Shown here: one piece after another, positions 22,515 through 34,200 of the stretch
Layout of the letters: every line of letters starts with the position of its first letter
Numbering within the stretch: position 1 is the stretch's first letter
Assembly: GCA_025594325.1 (NCBI GenBank)
Contig: JANHCV010000014.1
Span: 434,001 to 498,000, forward strand
DNA from: Blastocladiella emersonii ATCC 22665
Lineage: Eukaryota; Fungi; Blastocladiomycota
Reading direction: 5' to 3'
Length of the DNA stretch: 64,000 nt
Notes under the pieces: generated by a model
Database searches by the model: none
Told to the model about the DNA's origin: nothing
What the model saw: only the letters and a program-made list of their open reading frames with translations
Made by a program: the position numbers and the translations under genes

Positions 22515-24881
22515 TCACTGATCAAGCTTGACATCGCGCGAAGCTTCAGGAGCGACGCGTGCAAGTTCGAGAGCGGCCCAATCCGAGCCGGTATTCGCAA
22601 AGGGTCCTGCGACTAGGTTGCGAACGAGCGCGGCCAGCACATTGGGCTCGCCATGACCGTCAAGCGAACCGTCGGGAAGCAAGCGCAGGACGGCGAGGGG
22701 AACGCTGCCCGCGCTGACCTCGCTCTGCAGGGAGTCGAAGGTTCGTCTCGAGTCAGCTACAAAGAGGAGGCGCGCAACCAGTTGAGCAGAAGCAAGCTGA
22801 TCGCAGGGACAATCCTTCCCAAGGTTAGGCATCCCAGTGGTGTCAAGCCCTGCGCTATCACACAGCCGCGACCAAAAATTGTCGACAAGCGCCAGGAGAG
22901 CGGAAACGTCCGTCAAGTTACACTTGCCATGCAGTGTGTTGACAAGATGACGCCATTGTCGCTGTGAAGTGAAGTGAAGGGGCACGCGCTGCAGCCGCAA
23001 GACCAGGAGCGATCGAGTCCGTGAGGCGGTTGAGCGCGCCCTCGCCACTGTCTGGTCGGAAAAGTGCCCGAATCGCGACGTTAAGAAAGAAGTGCGCGGA
23101 CTGCGAATGCTCAATCAAGCTCATGAGGCGTAGCTTGCTTTGAGGAGTGGTCAAGGCGGAGGCGAGCAGGTGTGAAGTCACCACGCACGAGGGCCAAACC
23201 GTCTCAAAGTCGCCTTGCAGAGGAGCATCGCGAACTGTGAGAAGCTCGACGGGGATGACAAGGGTGTCACCGTCAAAGAGAAAATCTAAGATTGTTGCGG
23301 TGTGTCCATTGCGATCCATGTGTGCACGATACGCGGCGTAAAAGTCGGCCAAGGACAGCTGTTTGTTGCTGCCGATACTGCCGCGCGAGTCCGTTACGAG
23401 AGCAAAGCGGAGGACGGCCTGACATATACTCGCTTCCATCCGGTAGCGATCGTGTCCTAGGCAAAACGCTGGATTCATCGAAACGAAAGTTAGCGATCGC
23501 AACAGGAGAAGAAAGAAACGAGCATACCGTCGAGAAGTAGCTCGCTCCTTTGCTCGGCCGCGTGCCGTTCGCGCAACTGCGAAACAAAGTCGAGCTCGCC
23601 GCGGGCAACGGCTGCTCCGAGGATGGCACTCCAACGTTTGGGAGCAACCAACCCGTGGGAATGCAGAAGTTCGAGGTCGTGTACGGACAAATTTTCGTCG
23701 AACCACTGGACGACGATGACACCCAACTGGTCGGCTGCTGTTCCGTCGAATTCTTCGTCGTCGCCAAGACCCAATTCAAATTCAGGCGGAGGGTACCAGT
23801 TCGCAACCGGGATGTCCTGGATCTCGGAATCAAAGACGAGAGCAGGCAGGATTTGGTCCGTGAAGCGCACGAGAAGCGGAAGGAAAGCCTTGTGCCCCAT
23901 GTTTACAAGGGCGTGTACGTAGCGGTTGCGCATTTCCACGGGCATTTGCGAGCCACGATCAAGCAGCCATACAAAGAAGGGCGTGAATCTCTCGAGATTG
24001 GTGATCGTTCCAGCGTAATCGCCCAAGACCCCCAGCGCGAATTCCGCCGGGCCATTTGAAAAGAGCAGTGTTGTGAGCGTTGACTCGTCGACTAAGTGGG
24101 AGGGGCACTCGAGCATCACATCAAAGACCGAGTAGCTCCACGAAACAACAGAGAGATAGCAGAGTGCATCAGCAAAGCGGAGCGCAGGCGAGTCCGGAAT
24201 GACAGGAGGGTTGTGCAACAAGTCCGAGATTGAAAAGTAATCCTTGAAAATTGTGAACCACTCGGCGAGCTCAAGCTGAACGTGAAGCAGCTGCGGCAAC
24301 TCGGCGGCAGTAACGCGCAGGAGCTCGCGGAGCGGGTCCGCCCAGTCAAGCATTACAGCAGCGACAAGGATCCGGACGAGCGCGGAGAGTGAGCATGTTA
24401 GAAGGGTGCTGCCATTGGTAGAAAGGACGTTGTGTAAGCGCTGACGCAACGACTCGGAATTGACTTCGTTTGGCCGGATGCGTCTGTGCAGGAGTTTTGC
24501 CAGGTTGGTGAAAACCGTGGTCGGCACAGGCGCGACAGCATGAACCAATTCGTTTGAGGCTGCATCTTCGTCATTTTCGTCGTGATTGCGCTTGATCTCG
24601 ATGAGGCGGGCGACGGCATCGCGAGGTGGTGCGTAAGTTCGACCGGCGGAACGCTTGCCGAGCTGTTCCACAACGGCAAGGGTCCAAGCGAACAGGACAC
24701 GTTCGTCAAGAATCAGCGAACGAAGCGAGGCCGAAGCAGCGGCGAAGACCCCGCGCGGGCTGGCGAGCTGCAGCACGACGCTCACCAGCTCCGTTGGAAG
24801 CCGAGCGAGCGTCTGGTTGTCCGGGACCTCGCCAGGTTGTTGCGGTAAGTCCTCCATTAGTTTCATCAGTGTAGGGCTCAT
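22515..24881 (-). CDS. F-box-like accessory protein, paralog of the 62264 gene; frameshift near the 3' end
   Basis: N-terminal LARLPTELVSVVLQLASP. Intron 23469-23527 (GTATGC..GCTAAC..CCAG) joins ORF 23490-24881 to the 22918-23706 frame. A (CTTCA)3 microrepeat at ~22964-22979 shifts into the 22515-23114 frame. Confidence 0.7.
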
Positions 24882-24968
24882 TCCGAGGATGTTCGAGGAG
24901 AGCGAAGTGACCGACGAGAGGTGGCTTCAACGCGACGACGACGCCACATTCCCGCGCGCTCCAAGCCG

Positions 24969-25001
24969 CACGTGGCCTGGTGTGATAAATCGACGCGTCT
25001 C
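24969..25001 (-). promoter_or_regulatory. Composite element ACGCGT-N18-CACGTG (copy 1)
   Basis: Plus strand cacgtg(24969-74)-gcctggtg-tgataaatcg-acgcgtctc; 88 nt upstream of ATG 24881. Confidence 0.6.
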
Positions 25002-25393
25002 ACATCTCCGCTCGCCTTGAAGCGGAGCACCACTCAGCACGCTTCTTTACTTGCAACGCGTTACAACGGCAGTTTTATTGTGAGCACAGTGGTTGTTCAG
25101 CAGCGAGACAGTCAAATCGCGTTCACACGGCTTGGTGTCTTGGACTCGTCCACGCGACAGCTTCTGGCCTTGGGCCGCGGTAATCCGTCCCACAATAAGC
25201 TTCATGAGCAGCTCAGTTTGAGAGATCATCGTGCATCAGCCGCGGTACGGACCAAGTCGCGTACCTTGGTCTCAAACTTGGACTCGTGTGCTGTTCCGTG
25301 CGCGTAACAGGTCTGCGCCAATACGGATAGTGAGATGGAATCGCGTGCTCACAAAAGGTACTGCAGCTTGACGTCACTAACTGATGCGTTCAA

Positions 25394-25491
25394 GTTGTGG
25401 TGGGGTGGCGATCCGGGTGTGCAAGAGTCGGGCGAATTTCATGTTGTGGTGGGGTGGCGATCCGGGTGTGCAAGAGTCGGGCGAATTTCAT
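25394..25491. repeat. Perfect 49-bp tandem duplication
   Basis: gttgtggtggggtggcgatccgggtgtgcaagagtcgggcgaatttcat x2 (25394-25442, 25443-25491). Confidence 0.95.
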
Positions 25492-25689
25492 GTCGCTTGC
25501 GGGCATGCGAGTCAGGAGCCGGCCTCGCACCGAGTCCGGCGACAACCTCACCGCTGCAATTTTTTGCTGAGAAATAGTTCCTCAGGATAGCTAGGGCCGA
25601 GGCCGCTTGAAACGACTGCCACGCAACAATAGTATTTGAACCAATTGATATATTGAGTTGGTCACCAGTGATCAGACATCCTTGCAGCT

Positions 25690-26229
25690 TTAAATGCCGA
25701 GCTGGACTTGCTTCTGCGCGTTTGGGTTTCGCAGGAACAGGAAATAACGCAGGAGCTCGAGCGAGAGGAGAGCCGTGGCAAAGCACAGTGGGGTGACAGC
25801 GATCCGGTACGACTCGGGGAACCCGTTCAGCGTGGCAGTGAGGATGCTGCACACGGCGTCAGCAAGCAGGGAGGCCGAGGCCCCGCCAACGCCGAACTTG
25901 ATATTGATTTTGAATTTGCTCACGACCATGCTGAGCACCACGAGCAGCCCACACAGTGCCTGGATCCCCGCGATGACGGACAGGACAACCACGGTATCCC
26001 GCTCCAGACTCTGGGTGGTAGTGGTGGTGATGGAGCGCCCCGAGGCGTTGCGGGTCGTGGTGGTGATAGTGGTCGCGGGGTTGGCGCCAGGCTGGATCGA
26101 GTAGAGGAGGACACCCGACTTGGCCGCGTTCAGGAGGAGGTAGACGCCAGCACCGCCCAGTGGGCTGAGACAGCTGAGCCAGTTGGGAGCAGGGTTTGTC
26201 TTTGTGGTCGCTTGCGGCTTGATTGACAT
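25690..26229 (-). CDS. Small multi-pass membrane protein (~180 aa), unknown family
   Basis: ATG 26229. About four hydrophobic segments (e.g. VVVLSVIAGIQALCGLLVVLSMVV) and a Thr-rich loop. Confidence 0.65.
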   Translation of the reverse strand: MSIKPQATTKTNPAPNWLSCLSPLGGAGVYLLLNAAKSGVLLYSIQPGANPATTITTTTRNASGRSITTTTTQSLERDTVVVLSVIAGIQALCGLLVVLSMVVSKFKINIKFGVGGASASLLADAVCSILTATLNGFPESYRIAVTPLCFATALLSLELLRYFLFLRNPNAQKQVQLGI

Positions 26230-26433
26230 GGAGAGAAGCAGCTGCTCGGCGTGAGCGAGCGCAGGCGTGGGAGCGAGGATGCGGGAGCGAGGATTCGGGG
26301 CGGATCCAGACGCTGGAACGCCACAGCGCCCAGGTGGCGAGCCGCAAAAAAAAGAAGACGAACAGCGTTCGAGAACGCCACAACGCACAGATGCCGGGGC
26401 GCCTAAGAGCCGCAACTGGTGATCGAGGGCACT

Positions 26434-26466
26434 CACGTGCCGTCCCATGATAAATCGACGCGTCTC
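26434..26466 (-). promoter_or_regulatory. Composite element ACGCGT-N18-CACGTG (copy 2)
   Basis: cacgtg(26434-39)-ccgtccca-tgataaatcgacgcgtctc; the last 19 bp are identical to copy 1. About 205 nt upstream of ATG 26229. Confidence 0.6.
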
Positions 26467-27861
26467 CGCGCGAGACAGGCCGTCCTGTTTTTACCAGGAT
26501 CGCATCGGGCCAATGACGTTTTCCAACACGCTTGCTTGTTCAGGGCAGGTTTGGACGCCCGAACCTATGGTGCGGTAGTTTGTGGGGAAACACGGGGAAT
26601 ACGGGTGGGCGGGCGAGGTTGCGGATCAGATTGGCAAGCTGGGATTCTGAATAGTGTAGTGATCGCTGGTGTGATGGCCCGGGGTGGGCTCTTGAAATGG
26701 TCGAATATACCATTGTTTTCGCCCAAGAGCTTGCTTTGGCTTCATTTGCCTGCAGTTCTCTCGTTCAGAATCTAGTTGCCAACGATTGAACCGTCTGGGT
26801 GACGGCGGGCGTGATGTTCACGACGGCCTGCGTTTCACCTTCAGCCGCCGCCACCGCCACCCAAGGCGACCGGCGAGCCTACAAAAGCCGCCTCACCTCC
26901 CTCCTCTCAGTCTGCTCTCCAGCTGCCCCTCGTCCCTCCCCTACACTCTCACTCAACGCATCAACCACTTGCTGCACCGCGGCCTCGTCCCGCGATCCTC
27001 GCAGCTGACGTGCGGGGCGAGGCCGCGAACGTTTGACGACGTTGCCTCACCGGACCTGCCGCGGTGCCTCGAGTGCCCCGATCGCCGTGCTCTCACAAGA
27101 TGCACGAGCTGATTGCTCAGTGCTGGCTCTCATGCGACGTGGATGGCTGCACGCAGCGCTCCCGTGGCTCACCAAGGTACGGCGAGCTTCGCTTGCGCAA
27201 ATTGGTTTGGCTGACGGTTCACCGGTGTCGTTCGATCACACCATGTACATGAACTACGCTCGGTCTCCATGACGTTCACATGCATCAGCTGCTCCGCCAG
27301 CGCTCGCGCGGGCGTAGCCGTCGTGGTGCAGCCCGAGTCGTGATCGTTACGGCGGTTTCCGTCGCTGTATCTGGCATTCTCCAGTTCCTGAAAGCGTCAT
27401 CGAGTGACTCGCATACACCTCGACCCAAAATCCCTCTCCTCTTCTCCCCGCAAACCGCGGCACGCGGACCCGACTCGCGGGCTCGCCCACCCGCCAGCCG
27501 CACAGCGCGCCGTCCCCGCCGCCACGCTCAGCACGGGCCCCTGATCGCGTTCAGGATGCTTTGAGGACTGGATCGCTTTCCTTTCCGTTCGGTGCTGGGT
27601 GTGGCAGCGAGGATACGTGCGCGTCGGTTCTGGCGAAGGGGGTCGCGAGTCGGATTGGCGAGTTGGGGCGGCTGCTGAGAGAGAAGAGCGCGGGATCGTT
27701 GCCGTGTGTGTTGTTCGACTCGTGTGTGTGTGGATTGTATAATCAAATTCGTGTTCTTGTCGCGCTCGCGATCGTCCCTCAAGCGAGTGTCAGAGTGGCT
27801 TAGTTCAGCGACGCGTCGTTCATCTCACTCGATCCAATGTTTTTGTTTCTTCTCTCTGCCC

Positions 27862-30545
27862 TCACGACAGATCCTGCAACACCGCCTCTGCAAACGGCAT
27901 CCGCACCGCGAGCCTGCGCACCGCGGCCGCAGCGCTCGCGAGCCCTTCCTCCTCCTCCTCATCGTCCCCCTCCTCCCCAGTCCCCTCCTCACCCACCCCA
28001 TCACGCACTCTCACATCCGCCATCCACTGCGCCATAACGCTCGCGAGCGAGAGCACGAGCGCGCACGCGAGCTGCATCTGGAACCCAGCGACCCCATTCG
28101 CCCCACCCCCACCACCGCGCGCATCCCCCGCAGCGCCACCCGCGCCCGACGGCGGGAGCAGCCGGCGGACCTGCGCGTGGACGACGTTGCACAGGCGGAG
28201 CCCGACGTCGAGCGCGGCCTCGACCGCGGCGTTCGCGCCCGCGGGATCCGCGGTCCACGGCGGCTGCGGGTGCGGCGCCGCGGTGGCGGTGCCCGGGGTG
28301 GAAGAAGCGGTAGCGACGACGCGCGCCGTGTTGAGGACCTTGATGTACACGAGGAAGGTGCGGAGGACGGACGCGAGCGAGCGGGACGCCGTGAGGTGCG
28401 ACGACGGCGTGGCGGTGGATGCGGCGCGCGAAGCGTCAAGTGCGGCGACGGTGCTCGCCGTGTGCAGAGCGAGGAGGCGGAGCGTCACGGCGTGCATGGC
28501 GGCGAGGACCGCGGGGAGCGGAAGGACGGGCGAGGCGGGTGCGTTGCCGCCGGGCGACGGGGTCGTTGTCGCTGTCGCGGTGGTCGGGCTGACGGCGGGC
28601 GTAACCGCCGCTCCGCTCGCCGACGTGTCGCCGTCGAGCCACAGCGGGCCGGTCCACTGCGCGAGCTCGAGGAGGAGCTTCATGGCAGCGACGGGCGACG
28701 CGTCGTCGTTACCATGCGCGGTGCCAGCGGCAGCGGGACGAGCCTCGAGGACCGTCAGCGTGATATGCTCCAGAACGCGCCACGTAGCCCAGCGCGCGAC
28801 GGCAGCGACCGCGGGCGCCGCGTCAGGTAACCGGATCCCGGCTCGCGCGGCGAGCGAGCGGAGCCGCGTGCGGACGAGGTCGGGCGCGAGCTGTGCGTGG
28901 CGCGCGCGGACCCACTCACGCCAGTGGCGGATCGAGCGGGGCCAAGTGCCGGGTTGTGTCGAGAGCGGGTCGAAGGGGGTACCCGTTCCCTCGGATGGTG
29001 TCGGCGGGCCGCGCGACAGCCACGCCTCGATCTTGGCGATTTCGTCGACCGCAGCGACGTGGGCGACGACGGCGGCGGCGCGCGTCGACTCGAACAGGCC
29101 GGCGCGCCAGACGGGCGGGAGGTACGGTACCAGGTCGGCGAGCGGGCGCGGCGCCGCTGCCGTGTGTGGCGGGAGCGGGGTGGTGACCCAGTGCACGACC
29201 TCCATGAGCGAGCGGACCCAGTCGCGGGCCTGCGCGGGGTCGTCGATCGCGGGCGCGGCGTGCAGGGCGTTGAGGAGCGAGGTCAGGGCGGCGGTGGCGT
29301 CGTGCAGCGAGTGCGAGGCCTCGGCGACGGACAGGCCGCGGGCGCGCGCGAGGGCGGCGAGCCACTGCTGCGCGTCGCGGCTCGAGCCCTCGACGAGGTC
29401 CTCTTCGAGATTGAGCGCGGGCGGGTCGGCGAGGTCGGCGGCGGCGGCTGCGGAGGAGGTGGATGCGAGGAGCAGCGGGTGCCGCGCCGAGACGAGCGGG
29501 TAGCCGACGGGGTGCACGACCGTAGCGCGGGCCGCGGCGGCGAGGGTCGGCGAGTGGGGCGGGTCCATGGCGGGTATGACGGGCGGGTTGCGGTGGTCGG
29601 ACGGCGGCAGGGTCGGCGACTGCGAGAGCAGCAGGCCAAACGTGATGGGCGGCGCGCACCGCGACACACCAAGCGATCGCCGGCGTGGGCGAGATCCGGC
29701 GCCGCCGTGGTGATGATGGTGGTGGTGATGATGGTGGTGCGAGGACGACGCGGGCGAGCGCGGGAACGGGTTGGCGTAGGCACCGTGCCAGTTGTGCGAG
29801 CGGGCCGTCTTGGGGCGGTCGGGCGAGAGCAGCGGCTGCGCGGCAGGCGCGATGTGCGGCGGCGGCGCGTCGCCCGTCATGTGTACCCGCTCAAGGTCCT
29901 CGCTCAGGCGCAGGACCTTGCGCTCGTGGAAGTGGCGGCCCTTGGCGTCGACGGGCGAGTCGGACACGAAGCGCGCAGTGCGGTAGTTACTATCGTCGTC
30001 ATCATCCTCGTCGTCGTGGTAGCCGCGTTTCCGCTTGAGCGGCGCGTGCAGCTCGGCGGCAGCGGGCGCCTCGTCGACCGACATGCCGTCGGCGTTGCTG
30101 CCGGGCGAGAAGCCGGGCGACGGCAGGTGCGACAGGCTCGCGGCGGCGCGCGAGAGCATGGGCATCAGGCCGACGGACAGGTTGGGCGGGCCGCTCCCGG
30201 GGCGGTGCGAGGGCGGGGTTGCGCTGCGCGACGAGGACTGCGAGAGCGGCACGAGTGGTGGTGGCGGGGGTGGTGACGCGAGCAGTGTGCCCTCGCCCAC
30301 GGCGTTCTCTGTGGATCCACGGTGTCGCGTCAGTCACCATCGCGCATCAGTCGCACGAAAGTGCACGAACCAAAGGCGGCGCACAGGTCGACAACGGATC
30401 GCGCCCACTTGTGGCTCCACGCGCCGTGGCGGTCGGTGCGCGCGGTCGCGGGCGTGGGGGTTGGCGACGACAGGTCCATGGCCGTGTCGCCGTCGCCGTC
30501 ACCGTGGCGGTGGTGGAGGTGGTGTTGTTGCATCGTGTGCATCAT
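27862..30545 (-). CDS. Hypothetical low-complexity protein (Pro/Ser/Ala-rich, poly-His, helical C-terminal region)
   Basis: 812-aa ORF 27862-30300 with strong GC3 bias. A probable first exon starts at ATG 30545 (MMHTMQQHHLHHRH...), but its splice phase is unresolved. Confidence 0.65.
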
Positions 30546-31206
30546 GTGTGCGGGTCCGAGTCGGAGCGATCCATGGGCGGTCGGTGCAGATGCATCAGCC
30601 CAGCCAACGCGCGCCGACGTGTCTCGCAGCCACGACGCCCGGGTGGGAGCGAGGGGAGTCACAGCCGCGGCGCGCAGCGCGACGCACGGCAAGAGCAGCA
30701 TCAGCTGGCGGCACGTGACGTCGAATCCACCGCCTCCCGCGGCCTTCGGGGTGCCCGCGGCCGCGGCCGAGTCTCACGGCCATCCGCACCACCGCGTTGC
30801 ACCGGCACCCCGCCGTACACTCGCACCCGCAACGAATCACTGCATCCATCCCGACGCACTGCAACGCATCGCACTGCACCGCGCCGTCGCCGTCGTCACC
30901 ATCGCCGCCGTCGGCCGCCGCCCCCGCTCCGCGCCACGCGCTTCCCCGTCGCGCGCGCCGCCCCGTCACCGCTGCAACTGCCGCGAGGCCCATCGCGTCC
31001 GCACCGGCACTCGCTGAACCCGCCGACGCCCATCGCGGCGCTGAACGGGCCCATCGAGCGCCGAGGAGCGCCGAGAATCGCTCCATCGGCGGCCACCTAG
31101 TCGCGCGTGTCTCGCGCACCGAGTACGATCTCCTCCTTGACTCCCCCCACTCTGTGCGGTTTCTGACCGCCCTCCGCCTCCGTCTAGCCTGCAACCCGCC
31201 GGCGCC

Positions 31207-34200
31207 ATGCACCCGAGCAGCCGGGGCCACCTGCCGCCGCGGCCGCACACGTCGGCCGACGGATCGCGCTCCGACCCGCGCCCGCCACCACCACCGCCAC
31301 CGCTCGCTGGGTCTCACCCGTCGCGCGACCGGGACCGTGATCGCGACCGTGACCGCGAGCGGGAGCGCGAACGCATGAGGGACCGGGATCGCGAGATGCG
31401 CGACCGCGACCGCGAACGTGAGCGCGAGCGGGATCGTGAACGCGACAGAGACCGTGACCGGGACCGTGACCGCGAGCGCGGGCACATCATCCGCGACCGG
31501 GAGCGCGAGCGGGACCGGGATCGTGACCGCGACCGCCCGCCGCTACCGCCGCCGCAGCTACCGGCACCGGCCGCCCCGGCCTCGCTGCCGCCACTGCCCG
31601 TCCCGCGCGAGACCACCCGCCCTGCGGCACCCGCACCCGTGCCCGTGCCGGCCGCGCCGTCGACGGTCGCCGACCAGTCGGACCTCAGCGACGTCGAGAG
31701 CATGTCGTCGCGCGCTGCTGCTGCCGCGGCCGCCGCCGCCCACGCCCCGCGCCGCCCGAGCCCACGGCCTCAAACTCAGTCGGTTACCGCCACCCAGGAG
31801 ACGCCGCGCGGCCGCCCCGCTGCTCCGGCGCCGACCGCGGCGACGCCCTCGTCGTCGCAGCAGCCGCTGCCCGGCTCCTCGCGCCGCGGCCCGTCCGCTG
31901 CCCGGTCGCCGTCCCTGTCCGAGGTCTCGACCGTCCCGCCCTCGTCGCCCCTACCCTCATCCCCTACGCGCGACGGCCGCCGCACCGAGGACTCGACCTT
32001 GGTCGACATCCTCGACGACAACGACGATGACGACGATGACGCATCCAGCGACGACGCCTCGAGCGACGCGTCGAGCGGCGGCGGCGGCGGGAGCTCCGAC
32101 TCGGAGCGCGAGTTCCACGCCCGCAACCGCCGCAACCGCCACCGCCCGCACCGCCGGCGCCCGATGCGCGACCTCGCCGGCTCGGACGACGATTCGGATC
32201 TCGACGACGAGCAGTACGCGCGCGGCCGGCCTCGGATTCGCCGCGCTCCCTCGACTACGCCCTCGCTCTCGTCGTCCGCGTCGTCGTCGGTCCGCCTCTC
32301 GTCGCTGTCCACGTCGCCCGCCGCCCCCGCCAAGCGCGCCGAGCAGATCAAGCAGCAGGAGCGGCGCCGCGCCTCGCCGAACGGGGGTAGCGGGAACCGC
32401 GCGTTGCGCCACGAGCCCGGAAGCGGCAACGGCCGCACGCAGCAGCAGCGCGACGCGTCCGTCAGCTCCATCTCGTCGTCCGACTTTTCGCCGCCGCCCG
32501 CGCGCCGCACAAACCCGCACTCGTCGTCCTCGGATCGTCCCGCCAACCGGCCCGCCGCCAAACCCGCGCCGTCGCTCCCCTCCTCCCGCTCCTCGGGCAA
32601 CCCGGCACCTCCACGCCCGAACCCGCGCCAGATTGACTCGGACTCGTCGTCCTCCGACGACCCGGGCAACTCGTCCCGCCCGTCGTCGCGCGCCAGCACC
32701 TCGCGCCGCGCACCCACCGCCGCCGCCCGCGTCCGCCGCGTCCGGTCCTCGTCCGACGACGACGACCCGCTCCCTGCGTCCCCGCGCGTCCGCGACGTCG
32801 AGGACGATGATGATGATTCGCCGCCGCCCAGCAAGAACCGCAAGATCCGGCCGACTACGGCGGCTGGCGGTGCCACGGCGTCGCCGAGGGGCGCGGGCCA
32901 GCGTGCATCACCGTTTTCCAGCGCGGCGGCAAGGCAGCCGCAGTCCCCGCGATCGCCGCAGTCGGTTGCTGCGCGGCCCAAGGTCGAGCAGCGGAGCCCG
33001 CACGGCGGCAAGGCGACCGCGGCGGGCGGTGCGCCGTCGCGGCCGTCGCTGCTCAACCCGGGCGGTAAGCCGGCGAACGGGCACGCCGAGCGTCCGCCCG
33101 CGGCCCGCCCTGCACCAGCACCACCATCGCGCAACGACCGTCCGCCATCGCCACCACCACGGCCCGCCGCGCCCGCCGCGAAACGCCCGCCGGCCGCACC
33201 CGCACCCGCACGTCCCGCCGCTGCCGCAGCACCCGCGAGCGGGGGCGACTTTGCGCAGCCGGCGCCGCGCGCGCCCGACTCGCGTCGCGGGTCGACCAAC
33301 GCGATCGTCCCCGGGCGCAACGTGGACGCGCGCAAGGACACGTCGGGCCGGACACGCCTGTTCCGCGCGGTCCGCCGCGGCGACCTCGAGCAGGTGCGCG
33401 CGCTGCTGGACGCGGGCGCCAACGTGAACCATAAGGACCACGCCGGGTGGACGCCCCTGCACGAGGCGGTGCTCGCGCGGCACACGGCGGTCGTTGAGCT
33501 GCTCCTCGAGCGCGGCGCCAACCCGAACGCGCAGGGGCTGCACGGGAACACGCCGTTGCATGACGCCGATACCGAGGAGTACTACGACGTCGCCCGGCTG
33601 CTCCTCCGGTATGGCGCGTCGGTCGCGGTCCGCAACGAGGATGGCGTGTGCCCGCTCAATAACCCCGACGCCGTCGACGAGGTGCGCGACCTCCTCCAGC
33701 ACTACGCGCAGCTCGAGGACGCGCTGCTCCGGCGGGATGCGCTCGGGATGTCGCTCCTCCACCGCTGCTGCTGGGAGTGTCTCCGCGCGCCGCCAGCCGG
33801 TGACAAGCCCGCCGCTGCGGCGACCGCGTCTGCGTCCGCATCATCGCGCGCCCCGCTCCCGCCGTGGACGCCGTCGACCGACATGATCCACGAGCTCGTG
33901 GCGTGCCGGCGCGTCGACGTGAGCGTGTCGGACAACGCCGGGTGGACGCCGCTGCACGAGGTGGTCGCGCACGCGCGCACGGACCTCGTCACGCTGTTCC
34001 TGCGCCACGGCGCCGACGTCAACGCGCGCGGGTACCGCGGGAACACCCCGCTGCACGAGGCCGTTGCCGTCGCGCACCGCGACCCGCTCCTCGTCGACGT
34101 CCTCCTCGACCACGGCGCCGACCCGCGCACCCTCAACGACGCCGGCGTGTCGCCCATCGCCCTCGCGCGCGACACCGCGGTGGATCCCGAGGTCGCGAAA

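Noticed and set aside
25394-25491. 49-bp repeat as a CRISPR-like array
   Set aside because: Two abutting copies with no spacer, no cas genes, and a eukaryotic context.
9700-27800. Autonomous transposon (transposase, RT, tyrosine recombinase, Helitron RepHel) in the island
   Set aside because: No DDE, YADD, RHRY or RepHel motifs recognised in any listed ORF.
26786-27800. Short ORFs and coding-like patches
   Set aside because: No consistent frame, family motif or splice structure could be built; at most a gene remnant.
29700-29740. Poly-His tract as a metal-binding system
   Set aside because: A simple trinucleotide expansion common in disordered eukaryotic proteins; no supporting context.
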